Assembly: GCA_964016885.1 (NCBI GenBank) | Contig: OZ024741.1 | Coordinates: 45,260,001 to 45,324,000, forward strand | DNA length: 64,000 bases | Origin: Eledone cirrhosa | Taxonomy: Eukaryota | Direction: 5' to 3' | Shown: positions 1 to 13,050 of the stretch, in pieces | Layout of the letters: the number at the start of each line of letters is the position of its first letter | Position numbering within the stretch: position 1 is the stretch's first letter | Made by a program: the position numbers and the translations under genes | Notes under the pieces: model-generated | What the model was told of the DNA's origin: nothing | Database searches by the model: none | Seen by the model: the letters and a program-made list of their open reading frames with translations, nothing else

Positions 1-1299
1 GGCAAATAGACGATAAAAACGTAATGAAATAAGTGGAATTTTAGCGTGACATTACAATAGATAAGCATCATTTTGGCAACCGGCCTGAACCGGTGTCGAT
101 TCAAGTAAGCATCAGATCAAGATAGTCAAATAAAATGAATTATTCTGGATATCTATAATGAAAGGCTTTCTCGTTATGACAACTCCGTCTTATTTTGTGG
201 CATAACATAGCTCATACCACTTTTGATATTATGCCCTTCTCTCTTCAGGGTGATGTAACTGATGTTTTCAGCAGGTCATGAGACTATGTAGATTACTCCT
301 TGTTGATGCGATAAGCTTTGATTTCAATTCCCAAGCCGAAAGATCTTTGATATTAAGGGAAGAAACAAACAGGACTGTAAGAAGACAACACACAATAAGC
401 CGGAGATTAACCAATGTTTAGACTACTGGCAGTGGGTAGCCAAGATTATACAGCAAATTGTAAGATAAAAAGTGAAACGACGTGAACAATTATAGGTTAC
501 AAAACGTCTTGTGGCAACAACATGGATTCCGATTGATAAATCTATCGTAATTACATTTCAAATACTTTTGCACTCGTGAATAGCTTTAAATTATCAAAGG
601 GAAGTATACTTTTAAAACGAACCGAATAACCTTAAGTAAAGCGCAATATATAAAAAAAGGAAATATTCAAGCAATGCAATCGTACAAAAATAAAAACAAC
701 TTCCATACAATAGCAAGAACATGCAAACAGGCCGCCAGGTAATTCTCCTGCTACGAAGAGAGAAGACATTTTTAAAATGAAGCATAATATCTATAAAAAA
801 GAATCATACTTTAGGTAGTGTAGTTCCATGTATCTGTGAATACAGTATGCGTTTCTCACGTATAAAATGCTTTTGAATATAGATCTATTAGAGAAAGTAC
901 AATATGGTTATATCTGATAACCATATTGAAATTAATGTTGAAAATTGAAATATTGGTAAAGTGGGTGACAGACATTTTGACACCAAGAAATTAATTTCTT
1001 CTTCGTTCATTTTAAACAGAATATCAGATTTTTTATAGTTGAAAATACTAAATGCAATCGCAAATTCTATTCTGATAGTATCTTCCCTCGCATATCATGC
1101 CTTTGGAATTGGTTTCTGGCTTCTCTGACCACCATAAGATGTAAAAATTAAAAGGCAACATCAATCGTCATCTTTTTCTCCTTGAATAGTGTACCTTCTC
1201 TCTTGTACCTTTCCCTTCTCTGTAAACCTTCGTATTCTAGTGGATATATTGCCTTATTGGTGGGTAAACAAAAAAAGAACATATTCCTAGGAGCAGAGT

Positions 1300-1800
1300 C
1301 TTCAGATCTGCATTCCTCAGCGTCATATTATAAAAACCCATCTCCAAGTAATCCGGCTGGTTTTCTTGGCGAGATCAACTAAGTATGTGAATGTTATCCA
1401 ACCATCTTGCTTGTGTTCTAACTCAAGATCACCTACTAGTAAGCATTGCCCCTAAAATCTAGGAAACGATTCTTTCATTACACATTCTAATCTCATGATC
1501 GTAGTAACAGTGCTGTGAGCTGATGCAGAAAAGTAGAAACCCACCTGGATCATCTAGCTGTCTCCAAGCTGCACAATTTATCAAGTAACGTTACTTAGGA
1601 GCCATTTTCTAGGAACTCCTTTTCGACTGTTTGTATTTGCGATCGTATTCGTCTGGTCATTACCCAAGTTTAATGACCATAGTTAAAGACAGACTGGGTC
1701 ACCGAATAGGGAGTTTGGCTGATGACCGAGTGCTGAAGCAGGTACAGTAGAGGCTCAGCTCCAGCAATTCTTGCACTTAAATCAGCCTCTCACTTTCCAT
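1300..1800 (-). pseudogene. Decayed 3' fragment of an RTE-clade LINE ORF
   Basis: Minus-strand translation gives ...SVFNYGH*TWVMTRRIRSQIQTVEKEFL... and QARWLDNI, matching the RTE/Rex3 C-terminal motifs YGHELWVMTERxRSRIQAAEMxFL and RxRWLDxI. Many stops; boundaries approximate. Confidence 0.55.
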
Positions 1801-4699
1801 TACGCTTAAAAACACCCCTGAAAAACGTCAACACATTAACATTAAATATGCTGTCATTGACATCACACATTCTCTCATAAAAGACTGAGAAATTATTGAA
1901 AAAAATAACAAATTAAAACAATCACCTCTGAAGAATATTCGTAATCAATATTTGCTCAACATGATTGGTTTCTTTGGAGGTTGCATGTTTACAGCCCTTG
2001 TACTGGATTTTCGATTCTAATTATAATGTTTTAATTAGATGAATTGTGGTTTATTCAGAGAATCAGATCTTTCAGAAGATTACCAAAATACGATAAAATT
2101 ATGATTCTGTCTTACAGAAAAAGTAAAATACTACAGCACCTTCAATAATACGACATACAATTTTATGTCAATATTGTTGCCTTAAATTATTGACACTAAA
2201 TATGTTACGTATAATGTATATAGATTAATCATTCATCAATGAAAAAGAACATACTCAGTCACTCTATTGATTAAGAAATGTCCATGACAGTGCACCATTT
2301 TCATTGATCCTTGACAAAACGAAGATAGTTTTAATTACCTGTCACGGAAATTAGATTTCCCGACTGGAAAACAAAATTAATGTTAAATTCAAAGCCCAGT
2401 GTCTGTCCTAAAGACCAATATCATTTATATCATAAATGGAAATGAAAGGTCGTTCGCTCTATCTAGTTCAATCAAGTTTGCAGCACAATGTATATAATAA
2501 AAGGTACAACCGTATGTGGATATTGCCCTGTGTGAACAACATTAAACTGTATGTCAGAAGTTCTCAACTTGGGGTCCACAGAATTTTGAAAATCTGTGAC
2601 CAGTGTTCAAAATTCAATATAATTTGTTAAAAACGCATTATACACAAACTATTGGGTATCTATACTTCTCTGGCCTATAAAAGTCTGGGTGGGGTAGCAT
2701 TTGCGGTGGAGATGCCATGGGAAACTTCAATTAATTAAATGTAATACTTTGTGAAGGAAATGGAAACCATTTCTGTAGGTATGACAAATAACAATGACAA
2801 TTCCAAAATTGCTTGTAAACATTATGTCACCCGATCGATCGAGGCAATTATTATATGTATATTCCTGCTGTCACAATAACTATTCAAGCATCCATGCGTT
2901 TACATGTTATACTCTTAAAATAGGTGAGACACGTGGATGATGTATTCCTCGATACTTTAAACTTGAACAGATAAAGGTATACTTATCTACAGTTCAGCTG
3001 ACCATTTAAATCCATATAATATTATTAAAGTAATAACTTCGTATAATATTATTAATAGAATAATTTATTTTCTGAAACGGATCATTTCATTATATTAACA
3101 CTAATATAATTGGTGTGTATATGTTCTTGATACCTGGAAATTCAAAGAAAAAGTAATGGTTCGGATGGATTGAAACAAAAGTGTAATTAAATATAAGTCA
3201 GTGTCTATGGCGATCAATCGTCTCGACCCCTCACTGCCTTAATACTAATAAATATAGATGCAAAGAATGTGCCTCGGCGTTGTCATGATCTTTGTCAGAT
3301 ATATCGACTGAATGTTCTTCAAGTATTAATATTTTAAAAAAAATTAGCAAATCCTTTCAGATATTTATTTATCGATATTGTTAAAATTAGGAAAGAGTGC
3401 GAACCGATCAGCTCAGTGCTGAGACTAACCATGAATGACGATTTGGAATATAGACACGAGAATACAAATACGTATTTAACGTAGTATGCTTGATTAGATA
3501 TGACCAGAAGTAAGCAAACTATTACATTTTATTATATATACTTTGTATAACAACGAAGAAAAAGCCGGTAGTTTAGGATGCACTTCATTTTATAGAAGAC
3601 AGTCGTTATCATAGTATTTTTTTGATAACAGTTATGTCAGCAGGTCTTTGTGGAAACAACTGAAATAAGCCCCACGTGTCATATCACAGAATTGAATATT
3701 TATTCATTTTATTTTTATTAATGTAATTTTTATTAATGTAATTTTGTTCGTGCAATAGTTGTCTGATTAGATCGGAATTATTACATAAGAAGTATCATTG
3801 AAATACGTATAATAGCGGTTATGTCACCAATTAAAAGACGTAAATGGTAACCAACTGGCTTCTACTTTATTGTTATATTCATGTATTTATAGTACACTCT
3901 ATGCACACTGGAACATTTATAAACTAACTTGAGAAACTTAATCGTAACTGAATGCCCCAAAACAAGATTAGGAATAGATGTAAACTATGAAAATATAAAC
4001 TTTGCACCCCAAAACCTTATTTCTATTCTCTCAGCTTTACGTCATTGTTAAAGATCATGCATTGTTTGTGACAAAACAACCCTTTTTTTTTTTTTTTTTT
4101 TTTTTTTGTAAATTTGGTTGGATAGCGAGAAATGGTACCGTGGCCTTCATTGGTTCCCTTGACATTATAAGATTGATATCGTTAATATGTCGCCTGTGCA
4201 GTAGCAATATTACAATTGGTATATAAATGAGATTAATTATTTATAAGTAACCGGCTATTCCTGACACAAACTGAACAAAATATTATAAAACATAGTGGGC
4301 AATTTGAATGTCAGGTATAGTGCAAATTATGTTCTCCTTTACATAATTTTCGGCCTAATTTAATACACAACGTGATGGTCTACCTTAAGCTAGACCGCTA
4401 TATATCAACCCAAGAATTTACTTTCATCGTAATAACTATACATTGACTAGGCAAAACTGCGTTTCTAAATCGCCGATAATTATACCTCTCAGCATGACAA
4501 TTATGTTACATAGTTATTTTCATTGCTAACAAACGATCCATCTGATAGAATACGCATACCAAATATTCAAAGCAACCAAGATTTTGCCACAGCGGAGCGA
4601 GTTCTATAAATATCCTACAACTTTATATAAAAATTTAATCATGAATACAATAATATGGCTTACGATGTCCATTGTCTTTGATATTATTTTACATATTCT

Positions 4700-4913
4700 A
4701 GGTGGATTGGCAGTATCGGTAGAGCGTCAGACACAATGCTTTGCATCACAGCGTTATGGCCATTTACCTTCTGAGTTGAAATCCCGCCCTGGTTAACTTT
4801 GCCTTTCATCCTTGCGGGGTCGATAAAATAGAGTACCAGTAAGGCACTGAGGCCGACCTAATCGACCCCCCCCCCCTCACAGCATTGTTGGACTTATGCC
4901 TAAAATGGAAAGA
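4700..4913 (+). mobile_element. tRNA-derived SINE (octopus-type) with 17-bp target-site duplication
   Basis: A-box-like TGGCAGTATCGG, B-box-like GAGTTGAAATCC and body CTTTGCCTTTCATCC...GGGGTCGATAAAATA..GTACCAGT. Exact TSD ATTATTTTACATATTCT at 4683-4699 and 4914-4930. Confidence 0.85.
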
Positions 4914-5329
4914 ATTATTTTACATATTCTTGTGAGGATAGGTAGGGCATGGGGCTTGATCGTTGCAAAACTTTCAAATAAGAATTGCCTCATTTTAAAT
5001 CCCTGATTCGTTTACCAAAACTAAAGATATTAATTACAACGTGGTTCGATGTAAAGGTGTACAATATTTCATTAAATAGGGTGGGCTAAATGAAAGGAAG
5101 ACCAAAATGGATTTCTGGCCCAAATATTTGCAAAGAGAATATACTGACCGCTATAGGCACCGAAGAGTTGGGTATCGGTATTACACGGTATCTGTATGGT
5201 CCCGTAACTCGACAGAGTCGTAGGGCCACTGTACTGACATACGGCGTTCCTCGGGCATTTTAAGACTGGCGGAGCCCGTCCATCTCCAGGCCTGAGTAAA
5301 GCAGATTTTTTCCAGAGAGAGAAAGAATC

Positions 5330-5473
5330 GAGCCTTGATAGTTTTTAATCGACCTCGAGAGGATGAAAGGCAAAGTTGTACCTGGCAGGATTTGAACTCA
5401 GAGAGCAGAGAGCCATAACAAATATCATAAATCATTCTATGCGACGTGCTAACGAGCTGCCAAATCACCGCCT
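5330..5473 (-). mobile_element. SINE of the same family (head and central domain)
   Basis: Reverse complement reads AGGCGGTGATTTGGCAG...GAGTTCAAATCCTGCCAGG...CTTTGCCTTTCATCC. Confidence 0.75.
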
Positions 5474-5619
5474 ATGGTGCTATACTAGGTGACACATTAA
5501 AACTGTTAAAACTCAAGCCTCAATATATTACATATAAACAGATACAATACGCAATCGAAACTACGTCTACGTTGCAAACATTTCTTCTGCTTTGAATTCA
5601 AATGCATTATTATTTCTAG

Positions 5620-5649
5620 ATCATATACATACACAGACACAAACACACA

Positions 5650-5746
<97 letters not shown>

Positions 5747-5818
5747 ATGTGTGTTTGTATGTCTGTGTGTATGTGTGGCAGTGCGTGCTTTTGTGCACAT
5801 ATGTAGATATGTGTGTGC

Positions 5819-5873
<55 letters not shown>

Positions 5874-5912
5874 TATGTGTATTTGTGTGTGTGTGAATGA
5901 GTGTGTTTGAGT
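5620..5912. repeat. Compound (CA)n/(TA)n/(TG)n microsatellite
   Basis: Read directly; source of the spurious HT/YI/CV ORFs. Confidence 0.95.
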
Positions 5913-6199
5913 GTTTGTTTCTCTTCTTTAACAACAGGTCTATCAATGTTGTCCAACACGGCCATTATAGCTAGATCACTGAATCGCTTCATTGGTTTAA
6001 CAGTAGTTGTCCTAATTTACCATTCTCCTTACAACTATCGTTTCCGTCATCACAGTCGGTATCTCAATTTAATAATATCACGTCCAAGTAAACCCAACAG
6101 GATGTATTTATTCCTCATTGTATTTTTCAGTCTCTCTCTATTATCAGACTGTTACTGGAACATAAGTGTCTATAAGTTTTAACTATGTCTGCTTATATA

Positions 6200-6355
6200 A
6201 CCATACACACACATATATACGTATGTAACTATATATTCATGTATTTATACGCACACATATCTATATATCTATACAGATTTATACACATACACGCACAGAC
6301 ACACGGACATAGAGACACACAGACACAGAGAAAAGGACACACACACACATGTATG

Positions 6356-6387
<32 letters not shown>

Positions 6388-6403
6388 TACACACACACAC
6401 ACC

Positions 6404-6461
<58 letters not shown>

Positions 6462-6463
6462 CA

Positions 6464-6520
<57 letters not shown>
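6200..6520. repeat. Compound (CA)n/(TA)n microsatellite
   Basis: Read directly. Confidence 0.95.
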
Positions 6521-6521
<1 letters not shown>

Positions 6522-6585
6522 AAGATGAAATCGAAAATGCAAATGGGGTCTTATTTAAAAAAATATATATATATTTATTTGGTTC

Positions 6586-6621
6586 CTTTACCGGTTTCGC
6601 ACTTCTTCTGCTTTTCAAAAG
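6586..6621 (-). ncRNA. Minimal type I hammerhead ribozyme, U3:A8 core variant
   Basis: Minus strand: CTT-TTGAAAA-GCA gaagaag TGC-GAAA-C cg GTA-AAG. Stem I CTT/AAG, stem II GCA/TGC, palindromic ACCGGT stem III, GUA triplet, AATAAA just downstream. Lies in a ~140-bp island between (TA)n tracts. Confidence 0.7.
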
Positions 6622-6656
6622 TAGAGTTAAGATGGAGGGTCTGTGATTTTTCTCAC

Positions 6657-6712
<56 letters not shown>

Positions 6713-7097
6713 CGAATTAATGTACCGTTCGGTCGTCATCACGTCATGTAGTTTGATGACTTGTAGACATGGCAATTACACAGACTTGGGGGAACCATGT
6801 TTCTCACATTGCTTAACATTATAATGTGGCTACAATATACTGTAAAATTTAGAGAATAATATTATGAAAGCAGTGAAAAGTGCGTTTTAATTACAATGTA
6901 ACATATGTTGCTGTTTTATATATCTGCAATATATTTTTAATTATGGCTGTAAACTGTTTTCATGTTATGCGATGGTGGATTTCCCAAATTATGTCAGACT
7001 TTTTAATGTTCGGAGAATAGATGCAGGCATGGATGTATAGTTCAGGAGTTCGTTTTGCAATCAGAATTGTCTGAATTCAGTCTCCGTTGATTTCTTA

Positions 7098-7191
<94 letters not shown>

Positions 7192-7825
7192 TAACAAATT
7201 ATCGCTATAGGTAATCCAGTTAGAGGTTGTGAGTACTCTGTATTATTGATAGTTTTAACGTGCGGCGTTATTTGACTCAACAAGAGGTTTCCTTAGTTAG
7301 GTGGCGGGTTCACGGTAATTCCTATGCAGGTTAATCTTGGAGTAATAATAGTGAAAGAGTGATGAATAACATGGTCAACAGTACAAAAAGGGTTTATTTA
7401 CAGTATTAACAATTGTTTCATTGATTAGGATGTCTAAAGGCTGCTAATCACTCGAAGTTGTGTCACTGAACCTTAAATACAGTGTATGCCTAAGCAAATC
7501 ATCGGAATAACTGACAAAATTACACTCGGTGTTTGTATGTATACTACGGAGAATTCAAATAACAACATCAATAATAAAGAAATAAAAATAAAAATAAAAA
7601 TAAACAATAATAATAAGGAAGTTAGACTGAGGATGATAAAAATGAAGTAAAAAAAATATATATACGTTAAAAAAATATATTTAAAATATTTAAAGGAAAA
7701 TCTTATTGTTACTTTAGATGTAATGCAAACCAGGCAACGTAGGGGACTGCATGATAAAATCGTTAAGAAGTTGCTTCGCGATATTAAGATCTCCCGGATC
7801 GATGTCATTATTTTATGTGTCTGAT

Positions 7826-8045
7826 CGCGGCGGATTAGCAGAATCGTAGAGTGTCGGCCACTGTGGGTCGCGACATAGAGTTACGGCTCTTTACGTTCTG
7901 AATTGAAATCCCTCCGAAGTTAGATTTGCCTTTCATTCTTACAGGGTCGATAAAATAAATTACCAGTAACATACATTCTGGGGTCAATTTAATCGACTTT
8001 CACCTCCCCCAAAATGATTGCCCTTGTACCAAAATAAGATATCCT
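7826..8045 (+). mobile_element. tRNA-derived SINE, diverged copy
   Basis: GGCGGATTAGCAGAATCGT...TTTGCCTTTCATTCTT..GGGTCGATAAAATAAATTACCAGT...CCTTGTACCAAAA. Confidence 0.8.
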
Positions 8046-8711
8046 TATGTGTGTCGTCTTTATCATAGCCCCAGTTCAACTCAAGTTTCGTATGCAAAGT
8101 TTGGTAGACAGAAACTCCTTGTAGGGTCTCCAAGCAATTTTACTTGTTATTCAAAGATCAAGGTTTGTCAGACAGTAACACACAAACTCGACTTTGTAAT
8201 TCCATTAATGCGTAGCACACTTGGCGCAAATGCTGCACATTTTAAGTAAAATATTCATCGGTCAAACATTCACTTGATTTACCAGCTAAGAGTTCGTCGT
8301 CGAAATAGACGGAAGACATTTCATCAAAATGTTCTACTTTTTATGTTATCCATTCACTGTCATTTAATTATAAACTAAAGATATTGTGAAACTTCAACTC
8401 TCCATGGGATCATTTCATATCCCTTAAACTTGCAATGTCCATGAAATAGTATTTACTTATCAGTGTATTCGTTAATCAAATTACACAGTGTGATTGTGGG
8501 TAAATCGTAAATAAATGTACATGCATACTTTTCATAAACATACATTTAGCCTCAGTGAGTATATTCAGGTAATTAACACCAACATACACACACAAATATC
8601 ATACACATATATATATATATTTATATATAGTTCAGATGTTTCTGTTAGACTTATAATTATATATATATATATATACATAATTATTATTATTAGTAGAAAC
8701 AACGACCCTTG

Positions 8712-8837
8712 CCATTCTGAGTTCAAATCCCGCCGAGGTTAACTTTGCCTTTCATCCTTACGGGGTCAATAAAATAAAGTACCAGTAATGCACTGGGGTA
8801 ATTGGTGGCTTTGTGCCAAAAGTAGAAATAATAATAA
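8712..8837 (+). mobile_element. 5'-truncated SINE ending in a TAA/ATT tract
   Basis: GAGTTCAAATCCCGCCGAGGTTAACTTTGCCTTTCATCC...TTGTGCCAAAAGTAGAAA. Confidence 0.85.
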
Positions 8838-8857
8838 TTATTATTATTATTGTTATT

Positions 8858-9400
8858 CCTTGAATCTCAGTCATTGATGTTGGTTAACTGGAAAGTCCGT
8901 TGGAATGAATATCAAGCCACTACCTGCAGCCTCAGATATTCAGGACGTATCGGAGGGTTCTTGCTGTTCCAAGCAAACATGCCTTTTGAAGCGTTCCAAA
9001 AAGCGTGACGGGGCCGATTTTCTTTAACCATCCCTGGAAACTTTTGGAGATAGTCCCCAGTGCGCCTATGACAATCGGGATCACTTTGACTTCATGGCAG
9101 TTCCAAATCCTTTTCACCTCCCACTTTAGGTCCTGGTATCGGTTAATTTTCTCCCTCTCCTTCTCTTGCACTCTCGTGTCGAAAGCGCAGGCCACATCCA
9201 CAATCAGACACGATCTTTTTTCTTTGTCCACAACCACCAGGTCAGGTCTATTGTGTTCCAGTTTTTTGTCCGTCTGTATCCTAAAATCCCACAGCACCTT
9301 CACCTGATTGTTCTCCATCACCGCCTCTGGCCTATGCTCATACCATTTCTCAGAGTGTGGTAAATTGTTTACTTTTCTCAGAGTGTGGTAAATTGTTTAC

Positions 9401-9403
<3 letters not shown>
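8858..9403 (-). mobile_element. Heavily 5'-truncated R4/Dong RLE retrotransposon copy (RLE domain and 3'UTR) in (TAA)n
   Basis: ORF 8932-9321 (WDFRIQTDKKLEHNRPDLVVVD...DVACAFD...EKINRYQDL) is nearly identical to the 3' end of the 19374-21784 element. (TTA)n tracts lie on both sides. Confidence 0.95.
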
Positions 9404-9465
<62 letters not shown>

Positions 9466-9478
9466 CAAAATGTAGCTT

Positions 9479-9524
<46 letters not shown>

Positions 9525-10719
9525 CATAGATATATATATATATGCGTGTGCGTGTGTATGTGTGTGTGTGGAGGGGGTTGCATGCGGGTGGCGTATGTGT
9601 GTGTGCATATACGTGTCTATGTCAAATATAGTGAAAAACCATACAATCATTAATGATCTTCGTATTATAAATTCATCAATCAATAACCGGACTTAGCACG
9701 AATACTTATAGTGATTAATCCGATTGAAATATTTAATTACATGCTTCTGTGCTTGATAATAACAAACACTTTCATTTTAGCCCCGCAGGAATCAACTCTC
9801 CATATGTTTCATACCGCCTCGACTGGTGATATTTTAATTGGATTCTCATTTTAGTTGATTTGTATGGACAGAAAAATATTTCAATTTTATGTACCATGAA
9901 ATACTTAAGCACATGAAATGTATTTGCCTTTTTTCCTTTATATGTTTATAATTGGGAAAACATGATTATATTATTTCATATTATACGCTCACACATTCAC
10001 GCAAACAAGCACGCGCATCCACACACATACATGCATATATATGTGTTTGCGTTTCGAGTCCGATCGGGCGTAACCACAGTAAGTAAGGCACTCAATACAT
10101 TAGTAAAGTTTAAATATCAAATTTAATATAGAAATAACTTCTACAGAACTAGAACTGTTTATATATATACTTCGAGATTGTAAATAAATCCTTTGTTCAC
10201 ACTTTTGAATGCAAAACCCAGGCAGCGACCTTCCTCTTTCTGAGAAAGGGCACGTGAGCTCACTGCCAAACTTACTACTACAGTCGAATGGCTGTGTTGT
10301 CTCAGGAACTGACGAAAGCGGATAGTTGGAGCGAAAAACTGTTGAAGGGAAATCCACGTTCTATTTTAAGATACATTACTGACCTGCATAAACGTTACGC
10401 AACCTATCCATTCCCAGAAAGCTATCCAAGATACTTATTGATTAATACCTACCGATCAGGTCCAGTTTCGTCTTTAACCTGTCTGTATTATTCGTTGTTG
10501 TAGTATTAATGATGCAACGTGCGTCTGGCCGCATTAATCATTGTGTCACTATTACCTAACTTCTTGTTACCTAACTCTGAAGAGCAATTTCTTAATTACT
10601 TTATCATTGTGTTCTTCGTGACAGTCTTCGAGAATCAATCGGATGCGAAACTGCTACTTGTAGCTGCAACTTCGATTATACTCATTACTATTATATACAC
10701 ACACACACATATACATATA

Positions 10720-10880
10720 TATGAGTTAATTACTATAATTTTCTTATTTTACGTCTTTTATATAATTGTTCTACATCTCTTTGTATTGAACCCCAAAGTT
10801 ACTAAGACAAAACCTATATCTTTGCTAGCGTGAGTATACATCTGCATAAATATGTTGGTAGATATACTAATTATTTATAT
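10720..10880 (+). mobile_element. Diverged 3' fragment of the 61.3-62.25 kb hammerhead element family
   Basis: AATTTTCTTATTTTACGTCTTT...TTGCTAGC...ATATGTTGGTA.ATATACTAATT matches 62117-62243; ends in (TA)n. Confidence 0.7.
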
Positions 10881-10890
10881 ATATATATAT

Positions 10891-11477
10891 ATTAGGATTG
10901 GTGCTCTGAAATAGTGATGTATACATGAATGTATGTATAGTATATTTGGCAATATACCGTATGTTTAATTAAAAACATTTTGAAGACCTTGCGCTATCAT
11001 TTTAAAGTGGTGAATATGTCACTTACTTCATTTTTTCGGCAAAGTAGCGAGAGAAGCTGACAGATTCTGTTTCAGACTGTTGGTGTTCCTCAGAGCAACG
11101 TACTCCCTGCCTTTGCCGAAAATTATAAAGTTGGATTCTTATAGAATTCCAGTAATAATCAGGAACTGATTGTACAGAGCGATTGCCATCCAGCAAAAAT
11201 TAAAAATTAGGATTGGTTCTCTGAAATAGCGATGTATGTACAGTATATCTGGCGATATACTGTATGTTTAATTTTGCCGAAAAATTAAGTAAGTGACATA
11301 GTCACTACTTTAAAATGATAGCGCAAGGTCTTCAAAATGTTTTTAATTAAACATATGGTATATTGCCAAATATACTATACATATATTCAGGTATGCATCG
11401 CTATTTCAGAGCACCAATCATAATTTTTAATTTCTGCTGGACCGGCAATCGATCTGTATAATGAGTTTTTAATTAAA

Positions 11478-11485
<8 letters not shown>
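10891..11485. mobile_element. Non-coding Penelope pLTR-like element: ~150-bp inverted repeat plus partial direct repeat, between (TA)n tracts
   Basis: 10891-11043 is the inverse of 11273-11424. 11207-11272 repeats 10891-10970 directly. A hammerhead lies in the spacer. Confidence 0.7.
11056..11096 (-). ncRNA. Minimal type I hammerhead ribozyme (weak stem II)
   Basis: Minus strand: GCT-CTGAGGA-acaccaacagtct-GAAA-CAG aat CT GTC-AGC. Stems I and III pair, GUC triplet, stem II poorly paired. Confidence 0.6.
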
Positions 11486-11538
<53 letters not shown>

Positions 11539-11819
11539 GTCATCTATCTGTCTTCATATCAATCTATGTAATGGTAATTTTCAGAAATCCGGCGCAATAT
11601 ATAAAGAGCAAACGATAACAATTATAACAAAACAAATTATCGTTGTTACCCAGTATATTTCAAAATAATAATCCAGGGCCGTAACATTCTTTTCAGATGT
11701 AAAATAAAAGAAAACGTTTTTTTTTTTTTTTAAATGAACGATCGAAGTGTTCTTACATAACTGGTCTAAGTGTCTAAAATACGCATGCGTGGAGACGTTA
11801 TGACAGCCATTGCGCTTCG

Positions 11820-12110
11820 TGCTTTTCTAATCTGCTATTTATTAGTGGCTTTTTCGTGTTGATGATAAAAGCCTCTTTGATTCTTAAATTTTACAAATTC
11901 CTTTGCATTGCCTCTATGGTGACTTTAATGTCTCGGTTGCGGCATTTGTCAAGTTGTTCTTTGACTGAAGAAACTCTCGTTGTCATGTACTTCTTGATCC
12001 ATATGTGCAGTACATCCAATGTACGAGGTGCTACATTGTTTACATCTGACCTTGTAGAGCATTTACACTCGCATACACACTTTTTCTGCGTTGTTGATGG
12101 GGACAATTAA
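11820..12110 (-). pseudogene. Decayed GIY-YIG endonuclease end of a Penelope-like element
   Basis: Minus frames give KCVCECKCS...LHIWIKKY...SSVKEQLDKC and RIKEAFIINTKKPLINSRLEK. These resemble the PLE motifs VVYxxxC..C..Y.G..RxL..RIKEH, SAVxEHL and LxIxEALxI...P.IN. Confidence 0.55.
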
Positions 12111-12589
12111 TAAGTATGCACATACTGTATGGATGTCGGTATCTGTAGACTAGTCTCCCCAACTAGGGTCTGAGTGTGCTAGCTATATATGCTGTCCCTT
12201 CCGACGTTTGGCTTGTCGGATGACACCGTTTGTTTTCCTATTGAAATACGGCAGCTTTATATAACATGCTACCTAAAGGTGTTTTTTGACCGATGCTCAC
12301 CCTTAACAAAAAAAGATGAAAACTGATAATGATGTATAATTAAACTTACAGTGTACCACATTCAGTGTGATGTTCTTTACTGTGATCAAAATATGAGGAA
12401 ACATAAAAGTAAATACAATTAAGATTTTGAATGCTGGGACATCAGAAGGATTCTGGGTGTAGCCAAATCTGAAAGAACTAATAGAGTAGATATGTGCTTT
12501 ATGACATAGGCACCGCTGCAATATATGAAACAAAAACTGGAAAGGTTGGTAATATTAAGATAACAAAACACCAGATTTTCCACGCCAGG

Positions 12590-13044
12590 AAATGACAATG
12601 CAGTTGAGAGTGAGGCTGGATGAGAGGGTTGATTTGGGGCCCTCTGCGACATGAAAAACAAAACCCATCAAAGGGCGGATTAACTCAGCAGAGACAACGG
12701 TCATCAAATAAATTGGGGGAAGCGGGGAGCGACATATCCCTAGACTTCATTAAGACTCTGGTATACTCTGGTATAAAACCTGCGTTTGCATTCAATAATG
12801 TAGGCCAGTTCTTCTTTTCGGGTAAATTCTATGTTCAGAGAATAGAATTTTCCCCGTGCAAACCCTTTGTTCACTTAAATAAGCTTCAAGGAAAGGCATC
12901 ACTTGATATGTGATGATTTTTTGCGATGCATGGTATTGCTGGCTATAGGCAAGTCTTTAGCAGGACTAAAAAGCCACAACCGTGATTCTCATGCTTAAGT
13001 ATCAAGTGATGGTATTACCCAAAATCGCGTTGCAGCCATCATCA
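12590..13044 (+). mobile_element. Diverged RTE-derived non-autonomous element ending in (CAT)/(ATGT) repeats
   Basis: Shares GGACTAAAAAG(C/T)CAC and the terminal TTGCAGCCATC with the 17072-17528 and 62979-63588 family. Confidence 0.55.
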
Positions 13045-13050
13045 TGTATG

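Noticed and set aside
1800-4680. Host gene exons in the unique-looking AT-rich stretches (also 37.9-40k)
   Set aside because: No ORF with recognisable motifs. Small exons cannot be excluded without RNA-seq.
6025-6060. Minus-strand GTGATGACGGAAAC...GTA
   Set aside because: C3 is absent, there is no room for stem II, and stem I has no partner.
7398-7460. Minus-strand GAAACAATTGTT with a TGATTAG/CTAATCA stem
   Set aside because: It looks like the 3' half of a hammerhead, but no CUGANGA core is recognisable. At most a fossil.
10573-10672. CTGAAGA-GCA...TGC-GAAAC hammerhead-like motif
   Set aside because: The cleavage triplet and the 3' strand of stem I are mismatched. Counted only as a decayed motif.
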